Positions 13,031 to 26,955 of a stretch of DNA of 64,000 bases are shown one piece after another. Source of the stretch: the human T2T-CHM13v2.0 reference genome, Homo sapiens; the NCBI RefSeq assembly GCF_009914755.1, contig NC_060940.1. One strand, 5' to 3'. Made by a program: the position numbers and the translations under genes. Within the stretch, counting starts at the first letter, position 1. Every line of letters starts with the position of its first letter. The notes beneath the pieces were generated by a model. That model saw only the letters and a program-made list of their open reading frames with translations. It was not told the origin of the DNA and did not search any database.

Positions 13031-14709
13031 GAAGACTCCCATCAGATCTCTAAGAGCTAGCCATCAATGACTTTTTCTGTGGGCTGGGGCTATAAGGCAG
13101 GATGCTAGTCACAACTTTAAGCTGGAAACGCAGACACAAAGACCCTTATTGCTGTCTGTGGAGTCTTACATTGCATAGACTTCAAGCTAGCATGAGACCC
13201 TAGAGGCTGTGTGGTGTCACTCCTCGGGGAACAGACTTGTTTCTGCTCTCAGCCTGGATCCCAACTTTTCATGACAGAGACAGGGACATATTTAGGCAAT
13301 CAAGGGAAACAGCTGCAAACTTCACAGCCTCAAAGAGCACCACTGTCACTCACTTTGATGCAGGAGGTTATTGAGGCCTACATGCTGGTGAACCTGCCAA
13401 GTAAGTCCCCACTTGGGAGGCATCGAGAGCCCAGAGCAGGAGGAAGAAAATGCACCAGACACCCAGATGCCATGTGAGGATGAGCTGTGAGTTCGCACCC
13501 ACAGCTCAATTAGTATTGCTAACATGCCCTCTCCCTCAGCACCTTCAGAATAAGTAAATAATCCATCTACCTGAAATGAACTCCAAAAAGAGAGAAAAAG
13601 AGAGAGCATTTGGAACATTTGCTGAGACCTAAATTGACCAACTTTGATCAAGATGAGTTAGTAAAATAGCAGGCTCCTCATCAGCTGCATTTTAATGCCA
13701 TATTTGGAGCCACTCAGTCATTATAAAATCATCTGAACTTCTCAGCAGAAGTACACATTGGAGAGTTTATTTTTGAGTCTCTCAGAATACAAAGGAGAGC
13801 CTTTCCAATTCAAGATCTGGGCAGAACACACAGCTTCCTTTTAAATGAGCCAGAAGAAAATGCCCAGTTGCCGCTCCTTTGTTAGTAATTCCCTCTTCCC
13901 TCTTTGAAAGTTTCCCTGAAAGTGTGCAGTAATTTCTGATGATGGAAGAAAAGGCTCTTGAGCCTCACCTGAGTAAGCAGGTTGCTGCGACTAGCAGAGC
14001 ATTCCAGAGACCCTTTGTCAGGCTGAACTCCCAACTGGACACTGGGTCTGAGAAATGTAGGGGGTTGGGGGAGTCTTTGATTTTATTTAGAAGAAACCAG
14101 TCAAGCCCACTCCACCTCCATGATCTGCAGGAGAACCCAAAGCTATGATGGGATTTCAGAGTTCATTCTGCTTCCAGCCAGAACAAAAACCCAGTGACCT
14201 TATGGCCATCCATGAACAAGGAATTACCAGCCCCCTCATTGGCCAAGACCCTGTATGGCTACTTTTTACATCTGGCCAGTGTGCCAGTACCATGGGAAAG
14301 CCTGCTGGTTAGCAATCTCTGATCTTTGTTACCTACCACTATCACTAAGGCGGCAATGCCCATTCATTGCCACAGGCTGAATGGCTTGATCCTGGATTAA
14401 ACAACCAATCAACCAATACCAAATCCCATTATTGAATGCTGGTGGGAAAAGGAGAGTATCCCTCTCCTTTAAGGAAAATAAAATATGGTCCCTGCCCTCT
14501 AAGGTGCTCAAAGTATGTTGGGCATGGGGACAAACAGCATACAAAAACAACTTGTGCTATAGAGTTGACTCCAGACAACAGGTACAATGCAATTCCGTTC
14601 CAAAATAAACATTCAGGGGAACAGTGAGGATTTAGAGAGGAGCACAGTGCCAAGCCTGCACCCTAGAATCTCACAGTCCCATGAGTCCCACTTCCAAAGT
14701 ATTATACAT

Positions 14710-15130
14710 ATAATTCCTCATTCATTCATTGGAGAAATACTTTTCATGCTGACTGTGCTCCAAACACTGTGCTAGGCACTGAGGACACAGCTATAAACAA
14801 AGCAGAGAAGACAGATACCTTTGTGGAGTTCCCAGTCTGGTGGGCCAGGCAGATGCATTCACAATGCCACCAGTAATCCCTCCATCCATCTGTTCACGCA
14901 GTCATATGCTCACTTTCTCACGCATTCAAGGAACAATGAAAGAGCATTTACCACCCCTGGCACTGAGCTAGGCATTGGGCACGCTGCAGGGAGCCTGCAG
15001 ATGAGGGCCTGATCCTCTTAGAGCTTAGCATGCAGCAGAGATGTGGGCAGGGCATGATCTGAATAGGAGAGTTCAGGTGGTCAGCAGAGGACAAGCTAAT
15101 GAATAGGGGTCAGGGAGGGCTTTGCCAATG
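14710..15130 (-). mobile_element. L2 3' end fragments
   Basis: TCATTCATTCATT...CACTGTGCTAGGCACTGAGGACACAG. Confidence 0.7.
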
Positions 15131-16224
15131 AGGTACAGGGTATAGGAATGTGCTCAAATAGAGCACTGAGGTCAGGTTGGAGTCTGCTCAGATGAGGCAC
15201 CCTGATCCCTCACCTTATACCCCTTCCTTGAAGTCTTTGGAGCTTAGCAAGATGAACAAAGATCTCCCTAGGCTCTGGGCTGTGGCCACACAACCAGAAA
15301 ACCTCTGCTTAGAATCACGAGGCTCTCCTTCCTGATATCAGCAGCGTTGTGTTTCCTTGCCACCTCCTAAAGTGCAGGCAGCCTCATCTATGAACAGCAA
15401 AGCATTTTCCCAGTAAGAAGACCGAGCAACAAATCCAAATGCCAGCCCATACATCTGATTCTGGCCTCTTTCTCATTGTCCCTGCTCACTACCTTCTCAG
15501 GATCACAGCTGGGACTTGCTGGGGACAGGCTAGGCTCAGATTGAAATGTGAAGAACAGATAAAAGCAAGTGCAGGTACCTAGAACGGTTTCTGTCTCTGC
15601 CCAGGATCTGGGAGCACTTCCATTCCAGCTTTGTTCCTGTTAGTGATATAGGGGGTGGGGAGACGGGAGGGACTGAGAGGTCCAGGAAGTCCCCTGAAGG
15701 GCACTTTCATTGGCTGTGTCCATATCCTGCAACTGTGCCAGACACAGTTTGGGTTAGCTCATGACATGATCACAGGCCACCTGCTCTGTGCCAGGCACTG
15801 TGTAGGAGGCACAGGGCCAGGCAAGATGAGGAAGACACAGTTCCCACCCTGGAGGGCTCACCCTCTGCAGGGACACAGACATGCCAACAGAGCTCTTAGT
15901 CTGATGGGAGAGCCTGCAGACACGCAGAGAACATTCATCCACAGTGGTCGACGCAAATATACAAGCAAAGGGATGAAGACGAAAGATATTTAGGGGGTAA
16001 AATCTCCTATTCTTGTGGTTGATGTGTGTGAGGATGGGATGAGTGTGCAGGAACAAGAAAGAACACAGGGTCCTTTTCCTACATCCACCATTCAGGTTCG
16101 CTTGCTCTCTGGTTTCAGTTTTCGCATCTGTTTGATGCTGCTGGGATTACCCAGATGTTCCCATATGTCCTGTTTCTGTGACTGTGGGATACGCCAGGTG
16201 TCGATCGCTCCTTGGTATTGCTGG

Positions 16225-16400
16225 ATTTATTCAGCACCTACTATGTGTCAGGCAGTGGTGAGCACTTTCTGGACCTTTTAGCATAGTCTTCACGACTACC
16301 CTGTTGTGAAGGCATTATTGTTCCCATTTGAAATGTGAGGACGCTGAGGCTCTCGGGGAGTGTGTATGTATCCGCTATGCAAAGAGATTGAGAGATCTTT
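16225..16400 (-). mobile_element. MIR
   Basis: ATTTATTCAGCACCTACTATGTGTCAGGCA...CCCATTTGAAATGTGAGGACGCTGAGGCTC. Confidence 0.75.
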
Positions 16401-16779
16401 GTAATCCCCCCTGGGCAATCCCACCCCGCCCCCGCCTTTTTTTTTCTCCGTGGAATTAGCTCAAAGGGAGCTGTGCCTGAGCTTTTTCCCTCTGTGCTTG
16501 ACCTTCGGTTCCGGGGCACCACTACCCCCCTCTCTCTGCCCACTTCCCCACCCAGAGTCAGTATTAGGTTTCAATGTTTTGTTTGAAAGCCTGTGGAGGT
16601 GACTAGGCCCAGCCCCTGCGGGAGATGGGTGGCTGGACACCGACACTGATCAGAAAGTAAGACCTCCTGGAAGTAACACTAGAAGTCTTCTAGCCCACCC
16701 CTCGCATTTGTGAGTTGAAAAAAAGTAAGGCTCGTATTCGGGGAGAGTATTCTAAGGTCTCATATGAAGCCAGAGGCCA

Positions 16780-17350
16780 AGTGCAGGGCACACGTCCGCA
16801 GTTCAGGGTCTTTAGCCTTCCATTGGGTCCGCCCCGCCCCAGGACCCAACCTGCAATCTGTGGGAGAGTCCCACACCTTCCCTCCGCGCCGCACTATCCC
16901 CCACCACCACCTCATTAAGGCAACAATTAAGGAGAGGGGTGAGGCTCCCTCTCCATCTGGGTAATTGTGTTCTCATTAAGAGCGGATGCGCCCGGGCTCT
17001 GAGCATTAGCGCTCCAGTGCAGCTTGGAAGGCATGCTCCCAGCTCGGCTAATGGTGGAAGCGGCGGCCGGGCAGCAAGCGAGCTGGGGGGCAGGCGCGGG
17101 GCCCAGCGCAACCCAGCGCTGCTCCGCAGACAGCAGACACCACAGTGATCACCCTCGGCTCCTCGCCTGCGCGGCTCCCGGGGCGCTTAGCGCGGTGTGG
17201 AGAACCCGGGCGGAGAAGCCAGGTCTGGGCTTGTTGGGTCCTAGAAGCCTCCCTGAGTTCCCCTCACAGTACCTTTAAGCCTGGCTGGGTGCCGGAAACG
17301 CTGCGCAGAATAGGAAACAGCCTCTGCCCTGGGAGAACTGACGGGGTGTG
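16780..17350. promoter_or_regulatory. Small downstream CpG island with clustered TAAT/ATTA motifs (candidate enhancer)
   Basis: CpG-dense; CTCATTAAG twice, CAATTAAG, GTAATTG, CATTAGC and GCTAATGG within 16911-17055. Confidence 0.55.
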
Positions 17351-18899
17351 GGGAGGGAGGAGGCAGGCTGGTAAGAGAGGCCACACTCCAAAGTGGGAGG
17401 CCAGAGCAGAAAGGCATGAAAGGCTTCCCGGAGGAGGTGACCAAGGTGACCTGGGCTGGGGAGGAGCCTTTGGGACCAGGGTAAGGCTGAATGAAGGGGT
17501 GGCTTTGGAACCCCTACAGGCTTTGCTCTGAAGGGGTTTATTTGAGATGAAAGCAAGAGGCGGGGCCCAAAGGATTCTAAGCATGAAAGGATTCCACTGT
17601 GAGGTGTGGGTTTCTGAATCGGTCCCCTTCCTAGCCTCTGGCTGGGGGAAAGCAAGTAGTCTCTACCTAGTGCCCCTCCTTTTCCATCTCTTAGTCTCCA
17701 AGTCTCTGGTTCCCTCCCAGCTGAAGCCCAATGCTCAGAAGGTGGCTCCCCTGCCTCTAGCAGAAGTAACACTCACCTCACCTTCACCCCAGAGGTGAGG
17801 GAGGTGGCCCAACCGCACGTGCCAGGACCCTAAGGCCTCGAACCTCCAGGTCCCTGGGGAGAGCTATCCACAGCCCCACTCAGGCCACTGGGAGGCTCAG
17901 GCCTGACGGTGAGGGCAGTTTGAGAGATATGGAGCCCCACATCTCCCCAGGCCCTCTGGGGCGTGGACGCCAGGTTAGCATGCTAAGGGCTGTGTGGGCT
18001 GCCTCTGCCCCATGGAACCCACACAGAGTAAGAGACAAGCTCAGCCCCAGATGTCTCCCTTCCCAACCAGCACAAAACAAGGCCTGGTTGGAAGGTGCAG
18101 AAGGGGTGTTGAACCTCGGGGAGCAATGCCTGTATGTGTGGGTAGAATATCTTCCCAGGGGAGGCAGCCTTTCAGCTGGACTTCTTGGGTCCTCAGCAGG
18201 ATAGGATTTTGCAAAGCGGAGTAGAGAAGGGGTGCTTCAACTTCAATCAGGAACAGCAGGTGTGGAGGCATAAAGACAACAATGGGAGGTGGAATCATCA
18301 GATGGCAAGGGAAGGGGTCAGCAGGTGGAGAAAGAAGAGGGAGAAAGAAGAGGGAGGCTAGAGCCCAATCAAGAAGGTTCTCCGATACTAGGTTCGGACA
18401 TTGTGGGAGGCAGGGATCCTTTCCCAGGAAGGAGGTCTGCTGAACTACAGCAGAATCAAAGGAAAATCAACCCCTCTTCTTCGAATTTGGGGACAATTCA
18501 CTCCCACTGTACTCACTTTCCAGGCTGCAGAGCTAGGGCTCAGGAATGAGTCCCAGTTCCAGGATGCACAGGCTTCCCCTGGCCTGCACCCTAGCCCGAG
18601 GCTTAGCACTCAGGAGCTGCCACTTGGCAGCCAGGTAAGCACAGGCTGCAGCCAGGACTCACTCACCCAGGAAAAAGAATCTGCAGACTCCCGGTCTGGG
18701 AGCAGAGGAGGGCTGGATCCACAGAGCAGGAGGAACTCTGAGAGGTGTTTAGATTTCTCCCTGTCTTTATATAAATGGGCAAATTTAGGACCTGATAGCG
18801 GACTTGCCAAAGTCACTCCACCGGGACACAGCCTGGTGGCCCCACAGAACAGGCAGCCACGGAGACCAGAACCCTGGTGGTTCTTGCCCTCAGGAAGAG

Positions 18900-20450
18900 A
18901 GGTGACCCACCCACCTGCAGCCCAGGGAGCGCCAAAGCGTACAGGGGCAGCTTCCTTGAGCGGTGGCTCTCCAACCTTCGCGGCCCTACAGCCTCAAGCT
19001 TACACGCACCCTACTGACTATAGGGTCTCCACAAGCCCGGAGGGCTGGCCCTGCAACGGCAGAGCTGCTGGGTGGAGCTAGTTTCGCTGCCAAAGGCTCC
19101 AACTGTCTCCGACCTCTCCTTCCCAACCAGGAGACTTCGGAGAAAGCGCGTCTCTTTATTAAAAGCAGTTTTTCTTTAAATCCCTTTAAGGCCCCTTATT
19201 TCTTCTCATTCACACTTCCCTGGGGCCTAACAGAGTAGAAGGGAAACTGTTGGGCAGAAACAGAAAAGTACTCGGGTCCACTCCTCACTCGCGAAGTCCC
19301 TATCTATCTCTGTGGGTCCCGGAGGCACAGGGCTGCAAGGGCGCCCGCTAGAGCTGCTCCACGGCTTACCGGATTGCATGCGGAGAAGAAACGGGCCCGG
19401 GTTTCAACAGAGGCCCCGTGCTCCGTGAATTTCTAACTCGAACCAGCCGCTGGGATAAATCCGAGAAACGTTGTTTATTGTGCTATTATTAACTTTCCCT
19501 TCTCCCCACGCCCCTAGAGGAAATAAAATTCATTCCTGAATATTGGGCCAGGAAAACGTTTCTCTGAAAGGAACCACAACTGCAGGGGACCACCCGGCTG
19601 CAGCTCCCAGCTCCCGGCCCTTCGCCCTAGGCTGCCCACTCGCTCCGGCTCCCGACCTCCCCGCTGCCGAAGCAACTGGGTCAGCCTTTCAGACTTAAAA
19701 CGAAGTCGTTTATTTCATTTTTGCTTTCACATTATGTTCCGATACAATCAAAACTCCTGGACGAACCTCTTGAATAAAGTCCTGTGAATGAGCGGAATCA
19801 TAGGTCCTGGGCGCCCGAGTATGCGGCGGGTGGACTCCGGATTCAGAGGCGGTGTATAAAACATACGCTGCTTCGGGAACTGCGAGGGGGACGCGGTGGG
19901 AGACATCCGGGGACAGAAGGCCTGAGGAGTCTGCCGCTCCAGGCAGGGTCGTTTGGGTCCTCAAACTGGGACTATTCCTGATGCATTTGGAATGCAAAGA
20001 AAAAAATCAAACTTCGCTCCTGGGCCGGCGGCCGCGCCTGGCCTAGCAAGATTTCGGCCACATTTCTTACGTTTCCGCCAAAGCTGTGAACACAGGCGAA
20101 TGCAGTGCTGGTCCCCGGCCTGGCGCAGGAAGGAGCGCAAGGCCGGCTTTGCAAGGAAGCCCTCGCGCCCAGGCCTTTCTATGGTTGCGTTCCCCCAAGT
20201 CTCCTGCCTTTCGGAACCTCGCCCTTTGGCACCCCAGACCCCCAACCTCGCAGCTGGGGAAGATGCGGATTTTAGAAAGCTGTTTCAGAAAAATAAAAGT
20301 CCCACTTCGACTTTATTAGATTAAAGCAAAATTAAACCTTGACTATTCACACGTATGTTACAGAGGAAGAGGAGGCGTCCGGAAGAAGCTCCTTGGCGTT
20401 TCGTGGAGTCACAGAGCACGACGGCATTGACAAGCATCAGAACATCAAGC
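18900..20450. promoter_or_regulatory. CpG-rich segment spanning the CBLN1 3' end
   Basis: Frequent CG dinucleotides (e.g. GGGCCGGCGGCCGCGCC at about 20022). Confidence 0.7.
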
Positions 20451-21173
20451 AGCCTTAGATTTCACGATCACTCCGAATAGAACATAGAAATACGGAAACA
20501 CAGCCAGTTTCCACTGGGAAGAGTTCTTCGTGTACAAATGATATATATTTATATTTTTTAAACCAGTCACCACTAAGGTGAGTCCTTTCTCTGCTAACAA
20601 GCAGCCGAGGATACTAAGTATCTTCAGCTAATTAATTTGAGCAGTGTTTTAAGAAGAGCAACACTTGCCAAATTAAAACTACCTTCCCCATCCAAAACAA
20701 AACAACAACAACAACAAAACTTTACCCCTTTCCAAACTGAAAAAAAAAAGGTTGGGGGTGTGTAATATATCAGATTTCAGTAGGCAGAAGGATTCAGAGG
20801 GGGCTAGGGAGAAAGATTTCAGATTATGTAGTGAAATACAAAGTTTCTTTAAATAAATTGCAGGGAACATGAAGTTGGGGGATAAGAAACAATGACAAGG
20901 CAGTCTCTTTCTTGATTACTGCAACTGGAATGGGGGAGGCGAGTTTATTTTTGGAAATGGGAGTGCGCAGAGCTAAGCGAAATTTATTTCTCCTAATAAG
21001 GAAATGGACAAAGTTGTCCCACAGCTGGCGCGCACCTTTTTACCCAGATACAGTTAGAGAACATGTAGGAAGTTTCAAGTCGTGCTGCTTTCTCGCCCTC
21101 TTAATTTCAGCCTCTTTCTCACTCCCCTTCCTGCCTTCGCCCTCTCCCTGCCTCCCTTCCGGCTACGAGCCAG
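19690..21173 (-). other. CBLN1: CBLN1 3'UTR (distal end approximate)
   Basis: Follows the stop codon; AU/U-rich blocks at 20530-20900; several AATAAA on the minus strand. Confidence 0.65.
19709..19714 (-). terminator. CBLN1: Probable main CBLN1 polyadenylation signal AATAAA
   Basis: TTTATT on the + strand, preceded on the transcript by TGTGAAAGCAAAAATG; gives a gene of about 3.9 kb, matching my recollection of CBLN1 size. Confidence 0.55.
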
Positions 21174-21611
<438 letters not shown>

Positions 21612-22563
21612 TTATTCCAGTTTCTCAAATGAGCGCGCCAAGCGAATCTCGACTGTGCTCTGTGATCCAATTTAATAAACCCATGAGGTGGCTCTAGCGC
21701 CCTGAGACCTTTGACCTCTCTCCCGTTTCCCCTCAGCCTCAAAAAACAAACAACAAACAAAAAAAACCCAGCAACTCAGGCTCCTTCTGGCGCTACCGGA
21801 AAAACAAAAACGAACAAACAAAAAGCCCCTGATCCCTCCTGGACCCAGCTGCCAGGACACAGTGGAGAAGCCACTGTGATTTGTGATTAGAAGTCTCGCA
21901 CCGAGCGGCACAATGTATTTCCTCCCCAAACCACGGGCTCAATTCCCTCCCCCATCCAGCCGCGCCCGCCACCGCCTGGTTTTGCCCCTGTGGTGGCACC
22001 GTCAGCCAAGGGCCTCGCGCCCTCTCCCCAGCTGTGCGTCCCACCTCTCTCGGCGCCCAAGGGAAACCTGGACATCTTTGGGGACCCGGAGAGCCGGCGA
22101 GTGATTGCTGGGACACGGCTGGAGCCGGGAGAGAGTAGCACTACGCCCCCTCCCTCCCTCCTCTCTCTACCCCTCACCCTCCGGGGCTAAATGCTGCTAG
22201 CTCAAAAACCCACAGTCCGCATGGGGTGGGGATTGGGGACAAGTGGGAGAAAACGGGGGCCCCGTCCGTGGTGCTGAAGACAAGCACGCAAGCCGCATCG
22301 CAGGCTTCTGAGCCGGGGCAAGGGGTAGGGTGTACTGTCGCGGTGCTTCCTGGGGAGTCCGGGAAGGCTTCCCAAGCGGCAGCTGTCTGGGGCGCTAACA
22401 ACAGCCGTTACAAGGAAGTCCCTGAAATCCAGGGAACCCTTCGGAGAGGCCCGGAAGGCAGAAGCAGAAAATTCTGTCTCTCGGGGGATGGGGCTGGATC
22501 CCAAGAGCCAGAGACAGGGAAAGCAGAGGACAGTTGAAGCCACAGAACTGAGAGGCCCCGCTA

Positions 22564-22812
<249 letters not shown>

Positions 22813-22815
22813 CTA

Positions 22816-23610
<795 letters not shown>

Positions 23611-23639
23611 CGCGCGCCGGGCACAAAGGCGCGGACCTC

Positions 23640-23810
23640 GGCCTGGCCCCGCCCCCGCCGCCTCCCGGCCCGCCTCCCTCCGAGGCCCTGCCCCCGCCCC
23701 GGCCGAGGCCACGCCCCCCAGCCAATCCTGACGCGCCGCGCTCCCCACCGAGCCAATGGCGGCGCTGTCCGCGCTCGGCCACCTGACCCCGGGCGCCGTT
23801 GTTATTAGGC
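23640..23810. promoter_or_regulatory. TATA-less bidirectional-type core promoter
   Basis: GC/KLF boxes at 23645-23656, 23690-23700 and 23707-23718; CCAAT at 23722-23726 and 23753-23757; TGACG half-CRE at 23729; YY1-like ATGGCGGC at 23756-23763. Confidence 0.75.
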
Positions 23811-24402
23811 GCGGCGAGGCGGGTGGCGCGCGGCAGCAGGGTTGGGCTCTCGCCGTGAGTCGACGAAGGGAGCGCGGGCGCGCGCCCGCGTCCGCGCACT
23901 GAGAGTCGCCTCGGCCGCTCGCTTTCTCGACTCCCGCCTCGCGCCTCGATCCTGTTCCGCCTCCCTCGGCCCTCCTGCCCGCCCCCACTCGTCGGCCCTC
24001 AGGTAGGAGGCGGCGCGCCCCGGGGTCGGGAGTGGAATCGCTGGAGGCTGCGAGTCGCCTGCCCGCCTGTGGGCGCGCCCGTTGGGAGGGGAGCGCCCCC
24101 CAGCGGGCGCGGGCGCGAGGGCAGCCGGCGCGCTGGGCGAGCCTGGCTCAGGGTCCCGGCGGCCGGGCTGCAGGGCGCGTGCGCGCGCGGCGGGGCGGGG
24201 CCTGCGCGGCTCTGGCGGGCGCACGTGGTGCCCGGGAGCTGCTGGGCGGGCACTCACCGCGGGGACTCGGTGCGGAGCCGGGGCGCCGAGTGTCTCCGTG
24301 TCCCTCTGCCCCAGCCGGCGGCCGCGATGGTGGAGCTTGGCCTCTCGCTCTCTCCCGCCTCTCCAGCGACTGCTCTGCCGGCCGCGGAGGTCGGATCGAG
24401 CG

Positions 24403-24545
24403 GTCATTCATTCATTTGTTAATTCGTTCACTTATTCAGGGGAGATCATTGAACCCCTACGGAGTACCGGGTACTGGGCCGGGCGCTGAGGACGCGGGGC
24501 TGAGCAAAAGCAGCCGAGGCCCACCTTCGTGCCCCTTAAAACCCA
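24403..24545 (-). mobile_element. L2 3' end embedded in the CpG island
   Basis: TCATTCATTCATTTG...ATTGAACCCCTAC...GGCGCTGAGGACGCGGGGCTGAGCAAAAGCAG follows the L2 terminal pattern. Confidence 0.6.
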
Positions 24546-26477
24546 GCGTGCGGGGCGGCAACGAGTACTGCTTTTCTGTTTTGCACTTAAAATTTACATT
24601 TTGCATCCGTACTTTTTATTTACTGTGCACCCTTACGGCATGCTTTACGCACCCGTACCTGCACCTCCTAGCCTTGAGTGTAGACACCAGATCCTGAGAT
24701 GGGCGATTTTTCGAGAATAATTTTTACCCTAAGTGGATTTTCGTGCCACGCATGGACTTGGAACTACACACACGTAGTCCAAAACGTGAAAGTCAAAATG
24801 CAGCTTTGCCAAGTGGCAGGGAGAAAGGAGAGCTGAGAAGATGAGGAGAGGAAGGGCGCGCTCCAGGCTTTCCAGCCCGGGTGCGGTAGACGTAGCCCTG
24901 AAGGATGAACCCAGGCTGGTAGTAGGGCGGCGGGAGGGCGGGGGGACCTGTCAGTCAAGTCCAAAGCAGAAACGCGGCGCCGGATCCCAGTCAGAGGCCG
25001 GCTGGAACGCTTCCCACAGGCTCCTGGCGCTCCGGTCCCCACCAGGCGACCTTGATCCTGGCGTGCTCAGCGGAGCCAGCGCAGCGTCGGGAGCTGGAGA
25101 GACGCGGGGCGCCGGCTGAGCGCTCCTGCCCTCTGCCTCTGGGCTAGCCTCTGGCCCGGCCTCCCGGCCTCCCCCAGGGTACGCTCTCCCCCAAGAGCGA
25201 ACACCAGCTTTGGGATCGCCAGCAGCCACGTCTCTGCTTCTAGATCTCTTTTTTTTTTCTTTGAGACTTAGTTGATAGCTGTTTAAGGAATTATGTGGAG
25301 GAAATCTCACCTCCGACCCCCGCCCCCGTTGAGCACGGCCGGCCAGGGTCGCTGGGTGGGCCAGGAGGAAAGAAAGGGGCGGGGAAGAAGCAGCAATTTT
25401 ACTTTAAATTAAAATGACACAAAAATATTTTTTCAACTCAGATCTTTCTGAGACATCCCCAGAAAGCGTTGCAAGCTGTGATTACACCTAATGTGAGAGC
25501 ATGAACTAATTTAAGAGGTGAGAGCTGCATAATGAGGCTGCCTCCCGTGTAGCAGCCAAGACTGGCAGCTCTGGCGGCGCGCTGGAGGGGACCGGGAGGG
25601 GCACCCTTGTAGAACCAGTCCCTGGCGCCCTGGGATCTTCTCAGTGCCCTGGCGCTGTGTTGTCGGTCACTCCACAGATATTACAGGGTGCCTCCTGAAT
25701 GCCGGGTTGCAATCAAGAGCAAGAGATGGGGCGAGTGAAAGAGCCTGTTTTCAGGAGCTCAGCATCAGGATGACGATTACCTAGAGGGAGGTGGTGGCCA
25801 GCCTCCCCCTCTTCTCTTCATGCTGAGGCTCTGGTGGGCAGTGCCCAAGCCTGAACTGCCATCTGTATGCCAGTGGTTACCCAACTTGTATTTTCAGTCT
25901 TAGCCTCTCTCTGGTCCAGACTTGTCATTCTAAGGGCCCTTTTTCACTGACTCACATTGTCTCCTCCCTCCCTGCCTTCCAAACTCAGCCTTTTCCTTTT
26001 TCCCTTTCCCACTGACAACAGCTGCACGACCCCCCCGCCCCCCCACGAGGTGAAAATTCCCAAGAACCCCATGTCTAACCTAACTCCCTCTCTATGTCCT
26101 GTTGCTTGAGCCATTCTCATTAGGCTGCCTGTTCGGAGTTCATTATCTCCTAATTTTTCATCCAGGAATTGATGAAGAATCACCTACTGCCTCTCCCACA
26201 CACTGTTTATTCTTTCATTTGATGATATCTGTTAAGTGCCCTGAGATATGTAACCTCCACTTCCCTCCCATATAAGTGAGATTTCACGTTGATTACTTCC
26301 TTGGCTTTCCTCATCCCTTATCCACATAGCATGTGTTCAAAATAATGAATATTAATTTAATGTTAATAGATATGTGCTTTCCTGAATTGTGAGGATTAAA
26401 TGAAATCATGTATATAGGGAGGAAAATCCATTAGAAACCTCAAAAGCAGTTATGTTTATTTTTGCTATTGTCACATT

Positions 26478-26955
26478 GTTAGAGTCAGAATTCTTTTAGC
26501 TGCAAGTGACAAAACCAACTCAAACTGGCTTAAGGACTTTATTGGTTGATGCAAAAAGCCTCGGGTTAGGTCTTGCCATTTAAGGTAGGGCTGGATCCAT
26601 CAATCCGGGTTACCAGGATCTGTTTTCTAGTTGTGGCTTCATTTTCAGACAAGTTGTTTCCATATGATAGCCTCATAGAAGGTACTACCAGCTTAGTCCT
26701 AGCAAGAAAAAAGAGTACTTACTCTTCAATATTTGCAGCAGAAGTCCCAGGTCTGTTCTTATGAGGGCAGTTTGAGTCACTTGCTCTTCTCTGAACGTGG
26801 AGAAGGCACTGTTTAGATGATGGAGGTTGGATTCAGGTGCATCCCCTGGAATGGGGTTTGGCATTAGCTTCACGTGGTCTAGAATAAAGGGGTTCTCCAA
26901 AGGAAAATTAGGGTAGGAATGCTGAGTAAGCAGAACAAACAGATGTCTACTTTAG
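26478..26955 (-). mobile_element. MLT1 (MaLR) solo LTR
   Basis: GCTGCAAGTGACAAAACCAACTCAAACTGGCTTAAG ... CAGATGTCTAC. Confidence 0.65.

Noticed and set aside
18401-19081. 226-aa plus-strand ORF downstream of CBLN1
   Set aside because: GTG start, GC-rich, S/P/G/R-biased, no recognisable domain or splice structure.
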